From: Chrysemys picta bellii
Lineage: Eukaryota
Direction of reading: 5' to 3'
NCBI RefSeq assembly: GCF_011386835.1
Contig: NC_088792.1
Location: 226,052,001 to 226,116,000, forward strand
Length of the DNA stretch: 64,000 bases
A program made the translations under genes and the position numbers. Shown here piece by piece: positions 35,675-47,750 of the stretch (position 1 is its first letter; the number at the start of each line of letters is the position of its first letter). The notes beneath the pieces are model-generated. The model saw only the letters and a program-made list of their open reading frames with translations, was not told the origin of the DNA and made no database searches.

Positions 35675-37965
35675 TTTTAAACTATCATCAAGATGATTGG
35701 CTCTCTTTGATCCCTCATGCTGAGTTTATCTAAAATAATGCCACCAACACCTCCATAAAGCAGACCCTCCTTTGCTAATTATGGTCTCCATCCTCACGTT
35801 CATCCACAGATCGCCTTGAAATTGTCCATGCCCATTGTCACTGAACTCACTGCCCACATCTAGTAGGTATACTAAGAACTCCAGAAGTAGTTAGAAGTCG
35901 CCAAGGCAACTTACAAATGGTATGTGAAGTGGTCCCACCAGCCAACACCAGGCTTTGAGGTAGGGGATAAGGTTTGCTTGTCCACCCGGAACCTGCGATC
36001 GACTTGCCTCTCTGCAAAGCTGGACCATCAGTAACTAGGACCCTTCCAGATCACTAAACAGATTAACCTTGTTACATTTAGGATACAGCTACCAGATTTC
36101 CTCCAATTCAGCCCACCTTCCACATCTTTCTTCAAAAACCCTTAGTCAAGAATCCCTTCCTATTTCATTCTACTCCCTATTCCCCCGCCTATAACTATCC
36201 ACGTCCAAGAAGAATATGTTGTTCGGAATTTTCTAGACTTTTGCCGGGTCCGAGGAAAACTACAATATCTAATTCAATGATTCCTACTCCAATCACTAGG
36301 TTAGACTGCCTATGTCCCAGGCGCCTGACAGTGCATTTGGTATCTTTGATAGAAATGTCAGATTTCTTGAATGAGAAATACGGGTATTGATTCCCATTCC
36401 TATTTCAGGACACCATATTTTACACTGCTTTTTTAATTTTGTGGGGAGGAGGCAAAAAGGGTCACATAATTTTTTATCATATTGTATGTTATGTCAGGAA
36501 AGCGAAAGGTACAGTATAACACAGCTCTATTTATGGACTTCAGGATGCCTATTTTCTACAGTGTATGTTATGCCCCAGCTAGAAATGGCACTGCACAACG
36601 TATGTAATATGTCGTAGCCAGCAGCTTTTGTTTTAAGTGGCAGTTCTTTCATGCTGTTGAAATACATGCAACATACTACAAGAAGTGGTAGTCCCACTTT
36701 TTTCTTTCCTTCTGGGTAATGTTCAACATGATGTAATGGAAGCTACTGAAGTCACCTTTTATTTAATATATTTTGTTATATGTAATTTTTGAATAATGCA
36801 CCATGAAACAATGTTTAGATTTATGTGATGATGATGATCATGGCATGGTGCCAATAACCAGATATGCTATTTAAAACCATTCAACTCCTGCATTGCACCT
36901 TCTATTAAGTATAATTGTAATATCCATGGAATAATCACGGTGAGATTTTCAAACCTGGATTCATAAATTGTGCCCACAAGCTTTGTGCATACAAGGCATT
37001 TGTATGAATAAATTGGGTATTTCAGAAACCTGGAAGGGCATAAGAAAAGAGCAGAAAACATTGAGCATGAAATGCAGTGATGGGCCTGCACCTTGCCTAG
37101 CCATTTATAATAAGTGGGTGTAAAATACATCATTCTAACTTGGTAGGATTTTACACTCACTTTACAATGGTGCAAATGATTACACAAGGTGTAATGGAAA
37201 ATCAGGCCCAATTACATCTAAATCTTGCGATTTCAAGATACACACCTCCTTACTCCTCTCCCCAAAATAGTCAATTCTGGGCTATTTTTTAGAAAATAAA
37301 ACTTTATTTACTTAGAGCCAGATCCTCTGTAAAATTATTTAGCTCCAGTGAAGTTGCACTGCTTTACATCACTGGAGGATTGAGACCTGAAAGTCCGTAT
37401 CATGAGGTTTCCAGTATGTAGTCAGGCCATACTCCCACTGAAATTCAATGGGAATTTGTTAGAGCAGGGTCTGAGTACGAAAATGAATAAAACTTTAATA
37501 TGAACATCAGGAACTGGCCCCTTATTTCCAGTATCTTACTTTATAAACTGTGTCTTTAAATCAACATTTTTGAAATCTTAACATTTCACCTGTTCATTAG
37601 GTTATTTTCTACCTCACAGGCTGATTTCACTGAGTAACATTAATATGTTTTGTAAAAGAAACTCCCTTTCCTGTGGGAGATATGGAATTTTAATGTTCAG
37701 GAGCCAATCTTCAGGGGCACTTGGTTAACTTTACTCACATGAGTTGTCCTGGTACAGCTCATGAGACTAGTCATCTGAGTAAAGTTGCTCACGTGCTCAA
37801 GTAGCTGCAGGACTGGGAGCTAGGACTTCAGTACTGGAATGTTGCAAAATTAAAGCTAAACCATGAATCAAAAAAACCTACATTAACTACTGGAAGACCA
37901 GTTTTACGGATTCAGATGGAAATCTATTCCCCAAACAGATTGAAAGTTCGTGATTTAGAACTTAC

Positions 37966-38352
37966 TTGCTGCATTGTAGGTGAATGTAAAGCAGACTGGA
38001 CCTGCATTGGGAGTTGGTTTCCAATGGACTGCTGCATTGTAATTGGCTGGTGTTGCTGTATGTTGAGATGCTGGTGGAGAGGTGGGCTAATCTGAAGCGG
38101 TGGAGGTGGGGACACAGCCATATTTGCTATGGAAACAGTCACTGGCATTTGGTTGTTGGGCTTGGGTGCGATATTCCTGGGGATATTAGCGTGCATGGCA
38201 GTTATGTGCGGATTCATTCCGGGTTGTTGGTGATAATGGGAGCTTAGGTACAGTGCGGAATGAGCCTGTGTGGGCCCATGAAACACTGACTGTTTTGAAT
38301 TAATCATCTGAGGCGGTTGGGACGCCTTAACATCAACAGGTTCACTGTAGCT
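37966..38352 (-). CDS. TOX: TOX coding exon (exon 7), Pro/Gln/His-rich region
   Basis: Within ORF 37924-38379: SYSEPVDVKASQPPQMINSK...HSPTMQQ matches recalled TOX sequence. Acceptor ctcaacag|AGC, donor CAA|gtaagt, 387 nt, phase 0/0. Confidence 0.96.
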
Positions 38353-38957
38353 CTGTTGAGAAAACAAACAAACAAACAATCTTTAGAGACTGATAACAGC
38401 TGTTTTTCTGAGATCTATTTACTGCACAAATGAACCTCCGCATCATTCCATGCCTGACCAGAATACCTTAGTGTTCTGCAATAATAGTCTGAAGCACAGT
38501 GCAGTGGTAATTTCCCGTAGCATACTGGAGAATTTTGTTCTATAACAAATACCCACATTTCCCCTTTTGTTCTTTGCTCGTTAGATGAAGAACTCCTTTA
38601 TGACAGCACTCATCTCGGCAGCATACATCAGTCATGGAGATGCTACTTAAAATGTCCTTACAGCGGAGACTGGTTATTACTCTTAAATAAATAGAAATAA
38701 AGTTAACTCTCACACACCACACAGATTTTTCTTCACTCCTGTAAATACAGCCCCTCTGCTTCCTGGCTTGACATTTTGATATTGCAAAACTTGGAAGTGA
38801 TGTTACTGACATGATAAGCTACTCGACAAATGAAAATGTGGCTCCAAACCTGCAACCCTTACTCACATAAGCAGTCATTACTTCTGTTATTAGTCCCCTT
38901 TAATTCAATGGGACCACTCATGCGAAGAAAGATTATTTGTGAGGTAATAAGGCAATA

Positions 38958-39166
38958 AGTGAATAGAGCACTGGACTGGGTCTCAGAAGACTTGGTTCTG
39001 TTTCCATTCCTGGCTCTACCAGTGACCTGCTGGGTGACCGTAGGCACTTCCCTGCTCATAGCCTCAATTTGCACATCTGTAAAATGAGGCTAATGATACT
39101 GACCTCATTAGTAAAGCATTTTGATATCTACTGATGAAAGCACCAGATAAGAGGCCGGTATTATCA
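38958..39166 (+). mobile_element. CORE-SINE (MIR-like)
   Basis: tRNA-like head (agtgaatagagcactggactggg...attcctggctctacc) plus CORE (gcctcaatttgcacatctgtaaaatgagg) and an AT-rich tail. Confidence 0.75.
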
Positions 39167-40529
39167 TGAAGGGTGGCAGGACTGGGCACTACGGTTGTGT
39201 CACTGAATCAAACTAAAATTCCTGTGTTGGCATATTTTATTTTTAAAATATTCTGTGTTAGGATTATATCTATGTCCACATCAACTGTGTTTTGTAGACT
39301 GCGAGTTTGGAAATAGTATAGGCATACTGAATAATTAATTTTTAAGCAGAACCCTCTCAATGAATCCAATGAAGGAGTTCTGCTTAAAAACTGATGGTAC
39401 CATTTGGCCTATGTTTGACTACATGCAAACAAGAAAATTATCTCACTGGCCCTGAATAATACAGCACCAAAATAAATGAACTGAGAAAATAAATAGAGCT
39501 TTTCAAAATAATTGCAGAGTTTGTCTTGTTTTCTTGAAGCAGTTATGAATATTTTCAATAATAAATAGTTCTAATGTTTATACGTTGTTACTCTGAATTT
39601 CTACTAAATTTGTTCTGTTCCCCATGCACTCAGTTTCTTAGAACTTCCAATTGAGTTGTAAACTAGATATGTTCAAGTAAATGCCAAAAAGAGTTAAAGA
39701 TTAGCCACTTAGTGCTTATGTGTGGGTACCTGAATAATAATTTAGCAGTTAAGGAAAGGTTGTGAAGTATTTATAACCAGTGAAAGGTGAAACATGCTGG
39801 AAAAAATGGTAAATGTCTCTCTGGATAAAGAAGTCACTATATTAAAACACAAGCTGGAAGATGCATACATACTATTATCCTACCAATGCCATGTCATGTT
39901 TGTTTAGTTTATAAGTCAAAATAAGTTTCATGTTACTTTCAGCATCAGCTGAGCCTGTGAAAGTCTATTTGTATGCTTTCTGATGTATGTGCCATCACCA
40001 ATAATCAACTAATATGCACATTACAGAAACTGGTTCATTATCTGTGATGATATACAATGAAAAAGATTATAACTTAATTTTCCCAAGTCAAGTTACAATA
40101 CCGAAGCCAAAAACTTATTTTCTCCCGTAAACTAAGGAAAATTAAATAAAAATGATAAAAGGAATGCAAATCTTTTTCTCTCTCTGTGTACAGTATGCAC
40201 TACACACACCCACATATACAGATTAAGATACAGACAAATGCACACATACACAAAATGAAATATGATACCTGATAGCATATGCAAAATCCTTCCCAGTTTT
40301 ACCAACAGCACATGCATAGCAGCAGGGCAGGATAGCAAAGGCAGTGAGGACTGGCTAAGAGGCCTGCCAAAGCCTCATAGATCCAAAGGGTCTGCTGACT
40401 GAGGGGCCTAGTGAATATGCTGTGCTCCTCACACAGTAGGAGTAATGCTGTATCTTTTTTAGAAAAACAATAAGGTCCCCTCAGGGTACATATTTTCCAG
40501 CCCTCTGTGTTGTCAGGATGTTTCCTTGA

Positions 40530-41682
40530 TAGGGTGACCGTATGTCCCATTTTGGCTGGGACAGTCCCTTTTTTAAGCCCCGTCCCTGACATTGTGACTT
40601 TTTTTGTGGCAAAACTGGGCATTTGTCCTGTTTGCTTTTGCCAAATGAGTTGACAAGAGCAAACAGGACAAATGCCCAGTTTTGCAAAAAAGGTGGGGCG
40701 TGCCTCCCTAGGGAGATATGGAAGAATGTTGGGGTGTGTTGGGGCAACGTTTTGGGGAGGGGGACAGGAGCCTGGCCAGTCTGTCTCTGCTATGTTCTGC
40801 CCCCCAATCAGGGAGCAATGGGGTAACACGTGCTCACTGCAGCCCAATCAGAGGGCAGTGCAATCAGGGCCCTAATTCAAACTCTTCTCTGTCTGGGCCA
40901 TGGAGCCGCGACTTGTGGGACCCAGACCCTACCAGGCAACCTGGCTGGTAAGTGCCTGACTGGGTTCCGCATCATCTGCTTGTGCTGGGGCACCGAGTGT
41001 GGCATGGTCCCCCACCCCCGCCACAGCCTCCCAAGCAGTCCCCCCAGCTCCCACCCCGGCCTCATATCCTCCCCATTCATCATCCTTTGGGGCTGGTCCC
41101 CAGAGCCCTTTCCAGGCCTCCTCCCAACTCCTCAGTCTGCCTCTAGTTGCCTGCGTCTGCCACATCCCGGCAGGGATGCCATTTCGGGAGGGCGGTGGGG
41201 GACACCTGGCCCACCTGAGTTTCGTACTATTGGCCAGGAGTGACCTCCTCCTGGTCACTCCTCTCTCCCCTCCCCTCACCGGCCAGGAATCACCCCCTCC
41301 AATTACAAAGTTTGAAATGGCCCTGCATCCGGCCTTCCCCCACCTCCCCAAGGCTGCTCTCTGGAGTCTCCTTGATCTCACCCACTACCCGGAGCCTCCT
41401 TCCTGCCACTCTGCTATCCCAAATCCCAAAGGGGCATCACACTGCTAACTGGATCATATCCAATAGCTTCACCTCCTGGCTCCGAGCCCAAAAGTATTCA
41501 CACTTACACACTCAGATCCCAGCCCAACCCAGTCCTCTTCTCCCCGCTCCCATCTCTGCAACTTGGCCCAATTAGGGCCACAGAGGAACATTTGTGGGGG
41601 CGCAGGGGATGAGTGGCGATGCCAGGCGGCTTGGACCAGGCCCATGATCCTGTTTTCAGGCTAGGGAAATATGGTCACCCTA
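40530..41682. mobile_element. hAT Blackjack-type non-autonomous element
   Basis: TIR TAGGGTGACCGTATGTCCC / GGGAAATATGGTCACCCTA. GC-rich interior with a long internal hairpin. No matching 8-bp TSD found. Confidence 0.75.
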
Positions 41683-43184
41683 CCTGACCCTCCCACTGCT
41701 CTCCATGATGTATTTCCTTAGAGCAAGGCCAGGATTTCTCCCAATGTTTCTGAGGTCAGATAGGCTGAATAACCCCTCTTGAAGAGAAGCTGTCACATAG
41801 CTCTTTTGAATTCCACCCGTCTAAGGATTCTTCCATTGTGATATTTTTCTGTGTATATACAGCCAAAGATTCTGTCATACTCCTCTTTAAATAAGGAGAC
41901 ACACTGAACCAAATTCATTACTGGCGTAACTCCACTGCTTTCAATGCACTTATATAAAGGATGAATTTGGCCCATTATAATAAATTAATTTATAGGATAC
42001 TAGATCCTGTGGATCAAATAAGCAGATGCAACTCCCATTTCAGTTACTGGTAGTTGCACAGTCTTATGCTGGGGATGAATATCACTTTTTTTTACTTCCC
42101 AGAAGAGTGTCTGCCAGTTGGATCAAAAAGGATTTGCTCTGATTGTTTCAAGCCAGCAGTAATTCTTCTATATATTTTTCACAATATTCACAATTCACAA
42201 CACTCCAGCCCCAGACTAAGCAAGTATTTTACAGTGACTAAGAATGCTTTAAATCATATGTGATTTGAAGTCCCAAAGTGTCCAATATTAGTGTAAAAGA
42301 CATACATATTATCAGTTATTGGGAATCTGGATAAACAAACCCATTAACTATAATTCCCCAGCATACTACGCTTTTAGCTTTTTCTAAGGCTAGGGAAGAA
42401 ACCTTTTCTTTTGTAAGCAGCACTGGAGCTAATGAGATAGGTGATACTAAATATGTTACAGACTTTTCATATATGCCTTTATTATCTATTACATACAAAA
42501 ATGTGAGTATACAGCACAGGCCATATTCTGCCCTCCCCTGCCCTTCTATGGCCAGCTTGCACTGATTTCATTGATTTTCAACTGGAGTTGTACCTGTGTA
42601 ACAGAGCAGAATCTGTTCCTACATAAGGACACTACATGTTACTGATAAAATATGAATAATGACAGAGGGGATCTGACTGAGCCTCCAGCTGTTCAGGTAT
42701 CAGGCATAACTTTGCAGATCGAAACTCGTTAGCTAATATCGAAACTCGTTAGCTAATCTGCCATTTGAAAAGTCATTCTGCTTATCTAAGGAAAATAGTA
42801 CAGGAAAACATATTAAAGATTCCTATTCACTTGTTTAATTAGACTTTGGAGCATAGAAAACATGGAAGACATATATATTCATCCCCAGGGTTCAGCACTA
42901 AGGTTCAACATGAATTTATGACCATAGTCACAAGCTAATTTTTATGCCTGATACTACAGGTGTACAATTCTAGACCTTCTGCTCCTTACACAGGTCTCTA
43001 CCACCTGAGCTAAAGGAGAATCTTTTTTAGTTCTAGGAGTGGTAGGACTTAAAGGTTCTGTAGATCAGTTGCTAGAGGATGATAGAATCTCATATACAGT
43101 CTATCAGGTAGGGAGCACATACACATTAGCCAGTACATTACAGGATTGCAGATTAGAATACTAGTTTTTTCACACCAGTGCCCT

Positions 43185-43520
43185 ATACCTTCCAGTGGCT
43201 CCCACTCACTATTGAGTTTAATTCAAAGTCCTGGTCCTAATCTTTTAAGATTTTAATAGGCTGGGACCAGGCTATCTTAGGAATTGCCTCTCCATATGTA
43301 AGCCTCCAAGACTGCTGCATGCAGTGTAAACCTATCAGAAGATGGAGGGAAGCAGTTTTTGTGTCAAGTCTGAAGATATGGAACACCATCCCAAAAGATG
43401 TATGCCTGTCTTCTGGGCTCACTGCAAAACTCACCCTTTTCACAAGAGCCTACTATGCCAGAACACCCCTCCTCCCCCACTGTATTCACACCTTATACAC
43501 TATTGTAATAATCTTTGTTC
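43185..43520 (+). mobile_element. Decayed L2-type LINE 3' fragment
   Basis: Degenerate coding LQWLP.....FKVLVLIFK...G.GPGYL pattern (cagtggctcccactc...ttcaaagtcctggtcctaatctttt). Confidence 0.5.
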
Positions 43521-43566
43521 AAAATATGCCTTGAATATTTGAAACTCATAGTTTGCTGGTCACTAT

Positions 43567-44515
43567 TGTCCTGATAAAGTATGTGTGGCAAGACTGTATG
43601 TGAAGTTATAAGATTCCCCTGTATGGTGTTATTAACACATGTTCCAAACCCCACAGCCCTGCCCAAACAGAGGTTGACAAACAGGTCTGTCCTAAACAAA
43701 GATGTGTGCTCTGCTTAATTTTTGTTTAAGCAGTAAACAGAATCATCAAGCAGGAAGGGAAGACAAAGGAAGTTTAAACAGGTAAAAAAAAACAGCAGGG
43801 AACATCCTTCCACATACACTCTTTGTCTCCTGATATCTAGCTGGAAATGTTTTTCAAGAAGGGGGCTGAAACTATAAAAAGGAGGAACAAACTCCCCAAG
43901 TCACCCCCCCTCCCTGTCCATCACATTCACTGTACCCGAAGATACAAAGGAAGCAATGGTTGGACTTGGGGGAGGGGTCCTGATCTGAGAGTTTGGTCAG
44001 TAATGCTGCTGGGGCATGTGGTGAGAAACTTTGCTTGAATCTAATATAGCTTAAGTTAGGCATTAGTGAGTGTTTTATCATTATTGTTCTTGTAACAATT
44101 TCTGACTTTTATGCCTTATTACTTGTACTCACTTAAAATCTATCTCTTTGTAGTTAGTAAACTGGCTTTTTGTTTTATCTAATCCAGGGTGTTCAAGTTG
44201 AAGTGTTGGGTGACTCCATTTGGGGCAACAAGTTCCTTAAAGGAATAACAGACTCAGTATATCTGTACTGTCCAGGAGAGGGCTGGGGGAAAATCTGAGA
44301 CTGGGAGTGTATTGGGGTCACCCTGTGGTAAACTTTAAGGCTGGTAAGAGCCAAGGTGTGGCTGGCTGGCTAAGCACACAAACAGACATAGCTGGGAGTG
44401 ACTAACACACTGGAGGCTGTTTGTGAGCAGCAAGCCATTGTAAAGGGTACCCCAGGTTACAGGGCAGGGGGGACACAGTTACACATGAGCCTGGATTGTA
44501 TCCTGGTATGTCACA
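43567..44515 (+). mobile_element. Probable solo LTR
   Basis: TGT...TGTCACA termini and LTR-like U3/R/U5 composition resembling the LTR at 59973-61315. TSD not clean (CTAT vs CTTA). Confidence 0.6.
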
Positions 44516-45635
44516 CTTAGAACAAAAGCCCAGAGGAACAAAGAGAAAGAGAAGAAAATGGGCCATGTAGAAAGAAAGGAAAAGCAGGGGAGTGAGAAAT
44601 GAAAAGAAGCAAATAAAATAAAGAATACCTTTAAGTATAAGCAACCAAATACCAGGAGTATGAGAGCATAGCCCACTTTTGCCATTCTTATTTTACTGTA
44701 TATATTGGTGCTTGGTTGCTACACAGGTTGGGGCACTTTATAAATTAGAGAGATAATTTAGATAATAGAACTCCAGTCCCTTTATCTTTCCCCACCAATC
44801 TTGCTGCTCTCCTCTCCTGCTCTTGAGCAAAGTGAGGATTCCCTTTCACATTCAAAGCTCCCCTGTTCAATGCCACAACTCCTCATGCCTGCCTCCTAAA
44901 GCCAACCATCAGCACGCCTTGTCTTCTCACACCGAACTACTCTGAGAATCATGATGGTTCCTACCTGCCCCAGACCTGACCTCACAGTGTAGTACGCTCA
45001 CCTCCTCCCTGCTGGTCCTTATTCAGAGAGTCACACCATGAACGTGTGGTGGCTGGAGACAGGCAATGTCAACCAAGCAGGCAGGCAAAGGAGGGGATCA
45101 CATCAGAGGAAAGGTCGTACTGGAATTTGTTCCACCCTAGAGTCCTCACCGAGCTCCAGCTCCCCATGGCCAGAAACTCAGCTAAGAACAGACATTCTGA
45201 TCAATACAATGGTCCCACAGATACTAGCCGTCACTCAGGTGACATCCACCAGGCAATTTGATAGCTTCGTTAGGGTTAGGATTTTCTTCTTCAGTTTGAA
45301 TTAGTATAGACTATGGCTCCTCGGATCTGTAACTGGTTTTTTTAAACTATCACTTGTAGATCTTAGTAGGCAACCAGCAACTCAAATCTGTAAGTGAGAG
45401 TTTTTATTCTCATTCTGAGTTGTTTCTGCTTTCTGGCCACTGGTGGCTTTTCTGAGTGACTGAAAATAAAGCAAGGGTAAGTTTTTCATATGGCAGCATT
45501 CATATGTGCTTCCTTAGAAGTGTAAGTAGAAAATTTAAAATTAGTTACACTTTTTTTAATTTTGCCCTTTCAAGCCTTGTTTCTGCAGATAGTATGTTGG
45601 AAAAGCTGCCATACACAATCGCATGTGCACGCACG

Positions 45636-45638
<3 letters not shown>

Positions 45639-45669
<31 letters not shown>
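45639..45669. repeat. (AC)n microsatellite
   Basis: Directly visible. Confidence 0.98.
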
Positions 45670-45670
<1 letters not shown>

Positions 45671-46404
45671 CCAGTTGCTGAAAAAAGCTTTGGAATATAT
45701 TTGCTGTTATTTTCAACATTTTAAACTATCCAATTATATATATTTGAATTAAATTAATAAATACTTTTACAGTAATGTTATTGTTATTACTCAAAAAATA
45801 TTACAAAAACTCAACTTTTCCTAAGAGATACCACACAGTTACCACCATCGTTCTACATGCAGAGAAACACTGGTAACTCAGAGATCTCTGTGTGATGTCT
45901 GGCAAAATGGACAATGACCTGTTAAGAAAACTGTCCATGATGAAGACACATTTGCAGAGCCACATTTCTGTTCACAATCAGGGAAAAAGGAAGTTCGTAT
46001 TAAACTAAAATTATACGCTGCATTGTTGATTATATTTATTCAAGTAACAGACACAAAATACCCAAAATTGTGGCCAATATACTCACCAAGAATCAATTTA
46101 TTTTTAATTTTAGAACAGTTCTCTTTCAGAATCAGCAGCATTATCAGCAACAGATTCGGTGTTTTGTGGTATGAGGAAAATGTCTAAAGGATCCCAAACC
46201 TTCTGAATGGAGTACTGTAAATTGAGTGGTATCTAGACTAGCTAGGGCCAATATCATCAGAAATATTTCTTTATTAATGTGAGCAATTAGACTTCACTAC
46301 ATAATCAACTTTGACTAAACTTGAGGAATTGCTGAATGTTCATACATAAATGTTTCTGGTACCTTTGGCCATCACCAGTATCTATAAAATAAGTGACAGG
46401 GTCA

Positions 46405-46556
46405 GGGTCTGATTCTCATTAGCACTAATGCTACTTTATACCACTCTAGCAGTGTAAAGGGTTTATAAATGGGTGTAAATATAATATACTCCTACTTTCC
46501 CTTTACTCTGCCAGAATGGTGCAACACAGCCTTAGTGTAAAATGAGAATCAGGACC
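46405..46556. mobile_element. Small PIF/Harbinger (Chompy-like) MITE; one example of many similar decayed palindromic elements in the window
   Basis: TIR GGGTCTGATTCTCATT / AATGAGAATCAGGACC (14/16), TSD TCA on both sides. Similar remnants at about 37062-37209, 37317-37390, 47275-47360 and 63696-63783. Confidence 0.7.
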
Positions 46557-47480
46557 TCAGAGTTTGGGTTCTGTTTGGATTAGCACTGTAAAATCCGGAA
46601 GAGCAAAACTTTTATGTGAACATTTCAGAACGTCAAAAAAGTTATAGGTTGATGCAGGTTTTGGATGAAGGTTGTTAACACATGAGGTTTCTTATTTTAT
46701 TCATTCCAAATCACATATATTATACAAATGAATTGCACCACATGTGGCAGGCTCAAAAGTCTTTAGACACATCATTGATACTTGAGTACAAGATGGGTCA
46801 GCTACTGAATGTCATATACTGTTAGCCAATGTCGTTCTGAAGGAGAACATTTTAAATTCTGAAGATACATTTTATTATCATTTATGGGGGATTGTCATGG
46901 ATCCATTAAGGCCATTTATGAATCTAACCTGAATAAATATGCTGAAGAACATGTGACTTTAATTTGATACCAGTGTCTTTGTTCCCCAATTGAGAGGCAT
47001 AGGGAGGCTTTAAAAATGCAGTTCTAATAACCTTATACCAACTATTCAATCCCAATCACTTTAGAAACAAACAAGAGCCTTCTCAAAATCAAAAATCTCT
47101 CAAACTAATGTGATCTCAAAATCTCCACCAGTTTGGGCTTCAATCTTGTGAGAACATCTCTAGGTCTTGGCACTGCTGAAAGGGAAGCCTCACATGTATT
47201 TGGCGTCAAACTTTAGCCTGAATGTAATCTGAATGTTACCATCTCCGTCCATCTCTCGCTATTTAAAGTCTGTGAGAGATTGTTAGCTGGTGTAAATCAG
47301 CACAGCTCCCTTGGCTTCAAGGCAGCTATGCCAATGTACACCAGCTGAGAATCTGTTTCTATTTTGTTACTGGATGTTTTAGTAAATGTAGAACTTTCCA
47401 ATGCCAACGCTGGGTGGGAAATGAGGAGAATAGGATTCTTACTAGCTGCATATTAAAAACTCTAGTGAAATGGAAACTAA

Positions 47481-47750
47481 GGCTAGGTCTACACTATGTG
47501 GGGGGAGAGGGAGGATCGACCTAAGATACACAACTTCAGCTACGTGAATAGCGTAGCTGGAGTTGCGTATTATAGGTCGACTTACCTGGCTGGGAGGGCG
47601 GTGGCGAGTCGACCGCTGCTGTGCTACCGTCGACTCCGCTTCCGCCTCTTGCCGCGGTGGATTTCCGGAGTCGACGGCAGAGCGATCAGGGATCGATTTT
47701 ATCGCGTCTTCACTAGTGGGTGAAGACGTGCGGGTAGTGAAGACGTGCCC
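47481..47750. mobile_element. Young PIF/Harbinger MITE
   Basis: TIR GGCTAGGTCTACACTA / TAGTGAAGACGTGCCC (12/16), TAA TSD on both sides, strongly CpG-rich interior. Confidence 0.88.

Larger units (their letters stand above)
25681..36280 (+). mobile_element. Decayed chromodomain-bearing Gypsy/Ty3 (Sushi/Tf1-like) LTR retrotransposon, host of nested CR1, hAT and MITE
   Basis: Putative 5' LTR starting TGTCA at 25681. Protease-like ALVD.G near 26320-26345. RT motifs ENLQKGFI.PSTSPA, KLDL, GDEWKTAF, NAPATFQ, IIYLD at 26900-27560. RNase H after 34020. Integrase (HDAP..GH, SCDICTQTK, AYHP) at 34800-35320. Chromodomain EEYVVRNFLD..RVRGKLQYLIQ at 36208-36280. Many stops and frameshifts; no 3' LTR seen. 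Confidence 0.88.

Noticed and set aside
38540-38812. 90-aa minus-strand ORF just upstream of TOX exon 7, possible alternative exon
   Set aside because: No similarity to TOX-family sequence that I recognise and no convincing splice-site pair. It may be a conserved non-coding element, but this cannot be shown without alignments.
45433-45447. CTCF-like motif TGGCCACTGGTGGC within the captured donor fragment
   Set aside because: One base short of the CCASYAGRKGGC spacing; not supportable as a CTCF site.
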